Assembly: GCF_003334355.1 (NCBI RefSeq)
Contig: NZ_QOWP01000066.1
DNA from: Escherichia coli
Lineage (GTDB): Bacteria; Pseudomonadota; Gammaproteobacteria; Enterobacterales; Enterobacteriaceae
Length of the DNA stretch: 6,335 nucleotides
Reading direction: 5' to 3' (one strand)
Below, in pieces: positions 1 to 6,197 of the stretch (positions within the stretch are counted from its first letter, which is position 1; each line of letters opens with the position of its first letter). The translations under genes and the position numbers were made by a program. Below the pieces are notes generated by a model. The model did not search any database, was not told the DNA's origin, and saw only the letters and a list, made by a program, of their open reading frames with translations.

Positions 1-80
1 ATGCTTCCATCGGAAACGATGATCTGGCAGCCTGAGTTCACAGATAAAACACTCTCCAGGAAACCCGGGGCGGTTCACAA
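1..80. repeat. Left copy of perfect 80-bp terminal inverted repeat
   Basis: Positions 1-80 are the exact reverse complement of 6256-6335 (80/80). Identity breaks at position 81 versus 6255. Contains GTTCACA twice (36-42, 73-79) and the 12-mer TAAAACACTCTC (45-56). Confidence 0.97.
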
Positions 81-1200
81 TTATGCGGTTATATCGCTTA
101 CCTGCGGCCTCAATGAATTTTTGCTGCCCTTTAGTAGCAGACTCATAAAGCTGTTTATCTGAAATGCCTCCCAGACCATCGTTATATGTTCTGACCAGAT
201 TTTCCCGAGCCTGTTGTTGATTCAGCCTGTTCGTACCCGTTCCAAAAAAAGGAATTTTTTCGCCTGTTTTCTGGGCCAGACTCTGCACAGTGTTTTTATC
301 TTTCAGTACGTCACTGGTCATTAACGGTAGGTTTCTTTCCGATGCAAAATCAACAGCGGCTTTCGCTTCCGGTGCCATATCACCGCGAACGGCCCTCGAA
401 ACGGCACTCACTGTATTCTCCAGACCCTTACCAATGCCGCCAATGCCAGCAGAGATTACCGTTTGTAACGGATCAATATCTTCTCCACCAGCGAGGCTGG
501 TGGCTCCCTGTAGTGCTAAATCTGTAGCTGCTGATTTCCCTATGGCCCCCAGCACCGTTCCGGCCCTGCCCGCTGGTGTAAACGCCAGCGCATTAGCCAG
601 AAACGATGCCACGTCTTGCGGTGATAAACCCGGCTTGTTCAGAGCATAATCACCGGATGGTAGGGAAACGATAGTGTTACCCTTCTCATCCTGCCTTAAT
701 TTCGCTCCCATGCTCTGAAGAATCTTTTCCTGAGATGCGTCAGAGCCGAAAAGTTGAGACCATCGAGCTTTTAGAGCATCCATGCTGAGTGAGGTTAACT
801 CTGGGGCAAGGTCGACATTTTGCAGTCTCTCCATCTCTGGAGTCATTCGGCTTTCGCCTGTTATAGCATCGCGCATCGCAGCCCCAAGACTGGCTCCCTG
901 TTCTGCTGAACGTTCAAGCCCCTCTCTTTGCTGAGTCGCTAACTTTGCATACCCTGACGCAAGAGAATTATCAGATGATGTATGTTGAATATTTTGAGTT
1001 GCTGATTGGGCTCGGTCTATTTCATTCGTTGATGGTAGTGGATAGGCAGCATAAAAAGCCTGCTTAGCCTGCTCTACACTTTCTCCGGCTTGCGGGGCAA
1101 CGACTTCGTTGAAGTATTGCTCCTGAGCCTGCGCTTTTTGTTCTGGTGCTAACGCCTGATACTGTGGAGAGGCGATAACATCTTTCCATGCTTTAGCCAT
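1..1200 (-). CDS. Hypothetical protein, third gene of minus-strand operon; 400 codons in window, 3' end beyond window start (partial)
   Basis: ATG at 1200..1198 overlaps the TAA stop of the upstream gene by 1 nt (TAATG), implying translational coupling. SD-like GGGGTG lies 5-6 nt upstream. Hand translation of all 400 codons down to position 1 shows no stop (MAKAWKDVIASPQYQALAPEQKAQAQEQYF ... GKRYNRIIVNRPGFPGECFICELRLPDHRFRWKH). Ala/Gly/Gln/Ser-rich with no catalytic motif recognised. Absent from the ORF track, presumably because it has no in-window stop. Confidence 0.8.
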   Translation of the reverse strand, partial: MAKAWKDVIASPQYQALAPEQKAQAQEQYFNEVVAPQAGESVEQAKQAFYAAYPLPSTNEIDRAQSATQNIQHTSSDNSLASGYAKLATQQREGLERSAEQGASLGAAMRDAITGESRMTPEMERLQNVDLAPELTSLSMDALKARWSQLFGSDASQEKILQSMGAKLRQDEKGNTIVSLPSGDYALNKPGLSPQDVASFLANALAFTPAGRAGTVLGAIGKSAATDLALQGATSLAGGEDIDPLQTVISAGIGGIGKGLENTVSAVSRAVRGDMAPEAKAAVDFASERNLPLMTSDVLKDKNTVQSLAQKTGEKIPFFGTGTNRLNQQQARENLVRTYNDGLGGISDKQLYESATKGQQKFIEAAGKRYNRIIVNRPGFPGECFICELRLPDHRFRWKH

Positions 1201-2666
1201 TAATCACCCCATAGTGAAGAAAAGTTACTGCTGGCTGCTGGCTGTGATACCTGCTCAGATTGCGGCAATGTCTGCGACGAAGAAGAAGTTCCTCTGTCAA
1301 CTGCTGAAATAACCCGCAAAGCATCATAAGCTCGACCAGAAGCAGCTTTCAGCGAATTGAACTGGTTTTCCATCTTCCGGCGCTTGGTATCAATGGTTTT
1401 TGTGGAATCACCAGGCTGAGGGAAATACATTTGATAATATTTTGACATTTCAGCAGGTACGATAGCTGCCCCTGTTTCCTGACGGAGTATTGCCATTATT
1501 GCGTCATTAGCATTAACAACGTATTGCTGCTCTGTTGGGCTGAGCGTTAAGTTAGCCAGCGTCCCATTACCCAAAGCATTATTAATGATCGCCACTCGCT
1601 GTGGGCTAATCTGGCCTTTCAGTGTATCCATTGAATCAAGAGCATCCCTAACTCTGTATGCAAATCCAGCAGCTTTTTTAGCCCCTTCTGGCGACTTTTC
1701 CATGATCTTTTGAGCTGTTGGCAAAGCTATTAGACGAAACCCATCTCCAGATATTGGCTGGTTTAGTTTTCCCTGCTCTTCACTTCCGTCTGTGTAGTAT
1801 TTTGTGACAGTGCCATCATCGTTTTCCCTAACACTCATTAATTTTTTGGCGTTTGTATTAATTCCAGCCGCTGCCGCAAATGCCGCCGCCCCCTCTGGAT
1901 CCGCCTTTAACATTTGAGCGTACTGATTGTAATTCTGCATTGCTGCTGTTGGTGCATATGCTGACGTTAACGCATTTGCTCGGCTAATATCCTGCCCTCT
2001 CGCCTGAAGTGCTTCGCCAGCCTGATTGCTGCGGATTGTCTCTGCCAACTCGCCGCGCTCAATATCCCGACCTTCCATTTGATCTTTGATATCGAAATAC
2101 TTCTCATGACCGAGAGAAAACAGCGCCAGATTACCTGCGAAATGCTGGAAGCCCTGCGGGTCATTAACCTGCATTTCAGCAATAGTTTCTGGAGGGATAC
2201 CTAAACGACGCATCTCCTGCTCATTATCCATCATGAACCTGCCAAATGCGCCCGGACCAAGCGATGAGGCTACCTGTGCTTTGAGCGCCAGATTGCCATA
2301 ATCATCCCTTTGAGCATCATCGACATAACTCATCCCTTTACGGACTTCCTCAAACTCTTCTGGGAATGCTGTAATAAGATTACGCATCTGCTCCCTGTCG
2401 CCGGACGCATAAGCATCTGCATAACCTTTCTGGAATGCCGCTTTACGCTCCTGCTGTTGCTGCTGCTTATAAATATCAGCAACTCCAGCCAGACCACGTA
2501 ACGCGGTCAGACCAACGTTATTTGCACCTGAGCGAGCCAGTTCATTGTTTTCGCGGATCAGACCAAGCGTTGCGTTAATGTCGCTTGCCTTTGGCGCATT
2601 CTCGTTTTGCGTACCGATGCCAGCCAGAAAACCACCAGAATTAATACCCTGTTGCCACGTAGCCAT
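1200..2666 (-). CDS. Hypothetical low-complexity protein (488 aa from ATG), second gene of operon
   Basis: The ORF track gives 1200..2678 (492 aa) starting at a GTG that overlaps the upstream small ORF. I prefer the ATG at 2666..2664 (MATWQQGINSGG...), 4 nt after the TAA of the 57-aa ORF. Stop TAA at 1202..1200. Contains a QQQQQ run and Ala/Gln-rich segments. No Walker, HNH, integrase or nuclease motifs seen by eye. Confidence 0.85.
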   Translation of the reverse strand: MATWQQGINSGGFLAGIGTQNENAPKASDINATLGLIRENNELARSGANNVGLTALRGLAGVADIYKQQQQQERKAAFQKGYADAYASGDREQMRNLITAFPEEFEEVRKGMSYVDDAQRDDYGNLALKAQVASSLGPGAFGRFMMDNEQEMRRLGIPPETIAEMQVNDPQGFQHFAGNLALFSLGHEKYFDIKDQMEGRDIERGELAETIRSNQAGEALQARGQDISRANALTSAYAPTAAMQNYNQYAQMLKADPEGAAAFAAAAGINTNAKKLMSVRENDDGTVTKYYTDGSEEQGKLNQPISGDGFRLIALPTAQKIMEKSPEGAKKAAGFAYRVRDALDSMDTLKGQISPQRVAIINNALGNGTLANLTLSPTEQQYVVNANDAIMAILRQETGAAIVPAEMSKYYQMYFPQPGDSTKTIDTKRRKMENQFNSLKAASGRAYDALRVISAVDRGTSSSSQTLPQSEQVSQPAASSNFSSLWGD

Positions 2667-2670
2667 TGAT

Positions 2671-2844
2671 TTACCCACGTCCAGTTAAAGTGTAAGCCAG
2701 CGCCTTATCCATTAATCCCCGAGCAATTTCGTGGATCGTTGGCGCAACTCCTACCTCTGATTTTTTACGCTGCTCCTCCTGAATTTTCTTTATCGCTTCC
2801 ATTTGCTTCTCACTTATCAATACTGGCTTTACTGAAATAGCCAT
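2671..2844 (-). CDS. Small 57-aa protein, possible ribbon-helix-helix-like DNA-binding regulator (inference)
   Basis: ATG at 2844..2842 preceded by a strong SD (AAGGGGG, 4 nt spacer); stop TAA at 2673..2671. Translation MAISVKPVLISEKQMEAIKKIQEEQRKKSEVGVAPTIHEIARGLMDKALAYTLTGRG has a short N-terminal beta-like segment (KPVLIS) followed by two predicted helices, as in Arc/Mnt/CopG-type folds. Too short for the ORF track. Confidence 0.55.
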   Translation of the reverse strand: MAISVKPVLISEKQMEAIKKIQEEQRKKSEVGVAPTIHEIARGLMDKALAYTLTGRG

Positions 2845-2877
2845 AACGCCCCCTTAGAACTGTATAAAACAACAGTT

Positions 2878-2905
2878 ATTATAGTTTCACAAATCGCAAT
2901 ATTAA
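2878..2905 (-). promoter_or_regulatory. Candidate sigma70 promoter for the three-gene operon
   Basis: On the minus strand a perfect -10 TATAAT (plus-strand 2878-2883), a 16-bp spacer and a -35-like TTAATA (2900-2905, 4/6 match). The predicted start is about 25 nt upstream of the 57-aa ORF ATG. Confidence 0.4.
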
Positions 2906-2918
2906 TCATCGCAATTGC
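2893..2918. promoter_or_regulatory. Operator-like repeats overlapping the -35 region
   Basis: Direct repeat ATCGCAAT at 2893-2900 and 2908-2915 flanking the palindrome ATTAAT, plus the 8-bp perfect palindrome GCAATTGC at 2911-2918. Confidence 0.35.
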
Positions 2919-2939
2919 AAAATATGAAACAAATAGCAC

Positions 2940-2972
2940 AAAAAAATGCCACCGCTCAGTAGCTGGTGGCAT
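2940..2972 (-). terminator. Rho-independent terminator between the primase unit and the downstream operon
   Basis: Minus-strand RNA reads AUGCCACC-A-GCU-ACUG-AGC-GGUGGCAU followed by UUUUUU: an 11-bp GC-rich stem with one bulge and a 4-nt loop, then a 6-U tract. Lies downstream of the primase gene and iterons, and upstream of the operon promoter. Confidence 0.7.
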
Positions 2973-3166
2973 CGTTCTGTATGTCAGGTTTTGACAGGTT
3001 TTTTATGGACTCTAAAAACTATATTTATGGTGTCGCATTACTCTTCACGGCAGGCGCTTTCCAGTTCTGCCCTTGCTTCTGGCTCCATTGGTAATTTGAT
3101 TCGCGATCAGCTATGCGGATGGTTTGCTGAACAGGCATAACAACTTCTCAAAGGCTGTTTTTTGAA

Positions 3167-3183
3167 CTACGAAAATTTCGTAG
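3167..3183. promoter_or_regulatory. Palindrome CTACGAAA-A-TTTCGTAG, putative protein-binding site
   Basis: Perfect 8-bp inverted repeat with a 1-bp centre. Shares the TACGAAA/TTTCGTA half-site with the palindrome at 3222-3242. Confidence 0.35.
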
Positions 3184-3221
3184 TGCTCACTTTCAAAAAC
3201 GTCACGCCCTTGTACACAGGA

Positions 3222-3242
3222 TTTTACGAAAGTCTCGTAAAA
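3222..3242. promoter_or_regulatory. Palindrome TTTTACGA-AAGTC-TCGTAAAA, putative protein-binding site
   Basis: Perfect 8-bp inverted repeat with a 5-bp spacer. Overlaps the 12-mer TAAAACACTCTC (3238-3249), which also occurs in the terminal inverted repeat. Confidence 0.35.
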
Positions 3243-3291
3243 CACTCTCTGATGCCAGCCAGGTGTTGTGCGCATCAATTCAGTCACATTG

Positions 3292-3405
3292 TGTTGGTTC
3301 AAAATACCGTGTTGTTGGTTCAGTGTTGGTTCAATAAAAAGAATAAAATCCTTATAAAACAATACTCTTTACAAATTGAACCAACTGAACCAACTGAACC
3401 AACAC
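3292..3405. repeat. Iteron cluster, putative replication origin or cis-replication region
   Basis: TGTTGGTTCA at 3292-3301, 3313-3322 and 3324-3333 (21- and 11-bp phasing). A 43-bp AT-rich spacer (3334-3376). TGAACCAAC at 3377-3385, 3386-3394 and 3395-3403 in inverted orientation; the 11-mer GTGTTGGTTCA is perfectly inverted at 3395-3405. Starts 24 bp after the primase-helicase stop. Confidence 0.6.
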
Positions 3406-3428
3406 CTTTTCTACGCACATGAAGAAGC

Positions 3429-6185
3429 TCATTCTTCAGATGAGTTGTAATCTCCTGGCTGGTAATTGAGTACATAAACGTTTATTTGTCGTCCCTGAAT
3501 ACGTGGTGATTTTCTTTGGTATCCACGACCGCTGTTTGGTGGGGTTAGCATCCCGGCTTTTTTCAACACTTCAGCAAACTGTTTTGCGTTGAAACCACAT
3601 GCGATCTCCTTTTCAAATGTGGCCGGGAATGTGTAGAAAATCATTGGGCTTTCGTCATGTTCTCCACGCTGACGGTATCCGGCTAAATCTTTGATTGGCA
3701 AATCTGCCGGGCTGTATGGAAATGGTGCAAAACGGCTAAGCCCATAGGCATTAAGAAATGCCTCCGTTTGTTCAATAATCTGCTGATGTTCTTTGTTACC
3801 TGTGCCGAACTCGCGCAACCATGCGTTATAGCTGTGCTGTATCGCATCACGGCATGTCTGAGCATCCCAGCCTGTTACAACCTCGCCTAACAGCAATGCG
3901 GCCTCCAGAATGGCAAATCGCGCGGCTACACGGTGAACCTGCTCACCATAATCGGATGGAATCAGGCTTCTCCATCTGCTTTCGCAGTCACGAACAGTTT
4001 TAATAGCCTGTTGCTGGTGGTCTGCCAGCCATTTAATCCACTCACGCCCGGCTGCGCCGTGGTGATGCTGGTAAGCGTCTTTCAGTGCGTCTGCGTGCTG
4101 TTTTCCGTTCTGGTAATCGTGAAAGAGTACTGCTTTACTCAACGGAATATTCAGCAGTCGCACCAGTTGCCCGGCTTTGGTTTTTCGCCCGGAAGTAGCG
4201 ATAAATGTTTCTAAATCCATTTCTCCAGTGCTGATTGCCACTGTACGCCAGCGTTTTAGATCCCGGTTTCCACCATCTTTAGCGCCTTGCAGTTTCCCTA
4301 CACCGTTAAATAACGCATAGGCAGACTGTGAAACACTGACAGGATCAGCGCCCTGACCAACTTCATCAAGCGGCATTAGTCCGTCATTGTGGGCGGCGGC
4401 TTCATTTGCCAGCCCCAGCGCGGTTCCGTACCACGTCAGCCGCAGTAAATCAGGGTTGCCGTATAAGCTGCTCGCCACGTTTGCCGTGGTGGTCTTACCT
4501 GCGCTCGACTGCTCATAGAAATGAATGCCGAACCCGTCAGCGCCCACCAGCCCAATCAATGGCGCTGCCAGTGCTGCGCCGATCCCGGTCATCATTGAAT
4601 AGTTACCAAAGGCCAGACGCGCCACGTTATCACGCCAGCTTTTCGCGCTCCCTGAGACGGTATATCCGGCTGCGGCTGAGCTTCTCCCGCTGAACAGCAC
4701 AGGATTTTCAGGTGTTCCGATGATTTCCCCATCAGGCATGATGTACGCTCCGCATTGCCAGCCAGTGGCATGAGCAACACGCCACAATTCACGAGAGCCA
4801 CTGCGTTGTAGCCAGTCTGCCAGTATTGCTCTGAGGCTGCTTTTGGTCGTGACATTTACCCCACCAGCTTTAAGTGTGCGCCATCCTTCACGTTCACCAA
4901 TATCAGCCAGTGGAATGGCAGCGGTTGTCGGCGTTTCAGAACCAAACGACAGCCAGCGAAGAATGAGATACTGGTCTTTATCGTCTCTGCCAGTACCGAT
5001 AACGCTTAACGGAGAACATAACCAGCTTTCGTTATTGATGATTTCTCCACTCTGGCTGTCAGCTCTCGGAGATACCCAATAAATACCATCCTCGCGGCTT
5101 TCTATTCTTGGTTTCAGTGGGTCGGTATCCATAACCTTAAAATCGCTTCCCTCAATGGTCTGTGGCTGCTGTTTCACGCCATTACCCTGTGGTTGGTACA
5201 TTGACTTATTGAACGCTTCTGTGGCGCATTTAATGCCGTGTTTTTGGTGGTAATCATTCCAGTCTGCTTTGTGATCTGTCGGGGGTAATGCCACCCATCC
5301 AGAAACAGATAAAGCTGCTTTTTCTGCTGCTATTCTCCCCGTGTTTTGTCTTCCTTCGCTGTGGTCGTTATCCGCAGCAATGATGATTTGTGCTGAAGGA
5401 AATTTATCCCGCAGTACCTGGGCGACATATAACAGGTTCCCGGCATCAATCGCCGCCACTGTCAGCGATTCTGGACGAATTAAATGGGCAGATAATGCCG
5501 TTGCCAGCCCTTCTGCGATTAAGATGCTCTGTGTTGTTTCTGGTGCGTTTATGGCGTGATATGCCCCTCGCTTTGCTGAACCTGTCAGGAGTCTTTTTTC
5601 ACCATGTGAGGTAATAGTCTGTGCTGCTGTGACTGCGCCGGATTTATCCACCAGCGCCAGCAACAGAGATCCATCGGGCAACACTGGGAATGTAAAATCA
5701 CCTACCCCTTTCGCAACCAGATAATCAGATTTGCCGTTTACAGCCTTTCTGCGCATGTCATCAAACTGACGGGAAAACGTATCCCGTCTTTGTTGTTCGT
5801 CCTTCTCTGCCCTTTTCAGGCGCTCCTGTTCGCGTCGCTGGCGCTCGGTTTCCAGTTGTTCCCGTTTCTGGCTGGTGGCTTCTGGTGTTTCCGTTGTCCG
5901 GTAATCAATACCCAGAACATCAGCGGCAAGAAGCGCCGCCTCTGTTGTGTCGCAGTTATTTACGCGTTTAATTAAATCCAGCCCATCACCAGCGCCGCAC
6001 TGATTACAGATGAAGCTACCGCGCCCGTTGTCGTCGAACCGGAATCGATCTTTGCCCCCACATGCAGGGCAGGGAGCATGACGGCGAGGAGAGTCAGGGA
6101 CATTTATGTTCAGACAGCCCAGCACATGAGGCCAGTTGTTTTCAGACGCACTGATAACCTGACGGATAAGATCAATGTTTCGCAT
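3429..6185 (-). CDS. Primase-helicase, P4 alpha-like (zinc ribbon + TOPRIM + P-loop NTPase, 918 aa)
   Basis: ORF track 3429..6185. ATG preceded by SD ACGGGGG with a 5-nt spacer. Zinc-ribbon motif CPACGGKDRFRFDDNGRGSFICNQCG (aa 39-63, nt about 5997-6071). Charged linker ERQRREQERLKRAEKDEQQRRD. TOPRIM signatures IAEGLATA and IIIAADNDHSEG (aa about 220-300). Walker A-like SSAGKTT (aa 560-566, nt 4488-4508) and Walker B-like MPLDEVG. The architecture matches the P4 alpha and DUF927-type primase-helicases of satellites and integrative elements. Confidence 0.92.
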   Translation of the reverse strand: MRNIDLIRQVISASENNWPHVLGCLNINVPDSPRRHAPCPACGGKDRFRFDDNGRGSFICNQCGAGDGLDLIKRVNNCDTTEAALLAADVLGIDYRTTETPEATSQKREQLETERQRREQERLKRAEKDEQQRRDTFSRQFDDMRRKAVNGKSDYLVAKGVGDFTFPVLPDGSLLLALVDKSGAVTAAQTITSHGEKRLLTGSAKRGAYHAINAPETTQSILIAEGLATALSAHLIRPESLTVAAIDAGNLLYVAQVLRDKFPSAQIIIAADNDHSEGRQNTGRIAAEKAALSVSGWVALPPTDHKADWNDYHQKHGIKCATEAFNKSMYQPQGNGVKQQPQTIEGSDFKVMDTDPLKPRIESREDGIYWVSPRADSQSGEIINNESWLCSPLSVIGTGRDDKDQYLILRWLSFGSETPTTAAIPLADIGEREGWRTLKAGGVNVTTKSSLRAILADWLQRSGSRELWRVAHATGWQCGAYIMPDGEIIGTPENPVLFSGRSSAAAGYTVSGSAKSWRDNVARLAFGNYSMMTGIGAALAAPLIGLVGADGFGIHFYEQSSAGKTTTANVASSLYGNPDLLRLTWYGTALGLANEAAAHNDGLMPLDEVGQGADPVSVSQSAYALFNGVGKLQGAKDGGNRDLKRWRTVAISTGEMDLETFIATSGRKTKAGQLVRLLNIPLSKAVLFHDYQNGKQHADALKDAYQHHHGAAGREWIKWLADHQQQAIKTVRDCESRWRSLIPSDYGEQVHRVAARFAILEAALLLGEVVTGWDAQTCRDAIQHSYNAWLREFGTGNKEHQQIIEQTEAFLNAYGLSRFAPFPYSPADLPIKDLAGYRQRGEHDESPMIFYTFPATFEKEIACGFNAKQFAEVLKKAGMLTPPNSGRGYQRKSPRIQGRQINVYVLNYQPGDYNSSEE

Positions 6186-6197
6186 TCTGGCCCCCGT

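Noticed and set aside
1-162. Plus-strand ORF 1..162 (53 aa) as an independent gene
   Set aside because: It overlaps the 3' part of the 400-codon minus-strand gene completely. It is better read as a fragmentary inverted duplicate of the 5' end of the small ORF upstream of the primase. Kept as a finding, not a feature.
244-260. A7 and T6 homopolymer tracts inside the 400-codon gene as slippage or frameshift sites
   Set aside because: The tracts are short and there is no downstream alternative-frame ORF or stimulatory structure suggesting programmed frameshifting.
421-450. Walker A-like GIGGIGKG in the 400-codon protein
   Set aside because: It lacks the Ser/Thr after the Lys (GxxxxGK[ST]) and sits in a Gly-rich low-complexity stretch. 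It is probably not a nucleotide-binding loop.
290-649. Plus-strand ORFs 290..649 (119 aa) and 342..527 (61 aa) from the ORF track
   Set aside because: They lie antisense inside the well-supported 400-codon minus-strand gene. Their Ala/Pro/Ser-rich translations are typical of a spurious antisense frame, and there is no convincing RBS.
2451-2465. CTG/TTG trinucleotide run encoding QQQQQ as a phase-variation site
   Set aside because: Only 5 imperfect repeat units and any slippage would stay in frame. Too short to call a contingency locus.
1967-2501. Internal or antisense ORFs 1967..2182 (minus) and 2310..2501 (plus)
   Set aside because: Nested in alternative frames of the 488-aa gene, with low-complexity translations and no independent start signals.
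1200-2666. Integrase or recombinase downstream of the primase, as expected from P4 gene order
   Set aside because: The 488-aa protein has none of the tyrosine-recombinase motifs (R..HxxR..Y) recognisable by eye, and its composition is low-complexity. No integrase is present in this window.
2676-2678. GTG start at 2678 for the 488-aa gene, as in the ORF track
   Set aside because: It would overlap the last codons of the 57-aa ORF and has no good SD. The ATG at 2666 after the upstream stop is more plausible. The difference is only 4 codons.
2991-3025. Plus-strand promoter from the perfect TTGACA at 2991-2996
   Set aside because: There is no acceptable -10 at 16-18 bp; the nearest TATATT at 3020-3025 is 23 bp away. 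No plus-strand gene follows.
3292-3405. CRISPR array
   Set aside because: The repeats are only 9-11 bp, lack unique spacers of regular length, and are arranged as inverted clusters around an AT-rich core. That is iteron or origin architecture, not CRISPR.
2946-3422. Intergenic ORFs 2946..3140 (plus), 3162..3422 (plus) and 3111..3362 (minus)
   Set aside because: They run through the terminator hairpin, palindromes and iterons; the EPTEPTEPT run is just translated iterons. No RBS is evident. The region is better explained as origin and regulatory DNA.
3683-5975. Short ORFs inside or antisense to the primase-helicase gene (3683..3865, 3821..4003, 3933..4214, 4406..4693, 4592..4855, 4843..5082, 5341..5559, 5390..5614, 5790..5975)
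   Set aside because: All are embedded in the 918-aa ORF in other frames or on the opposite strand, with no supporting signals.
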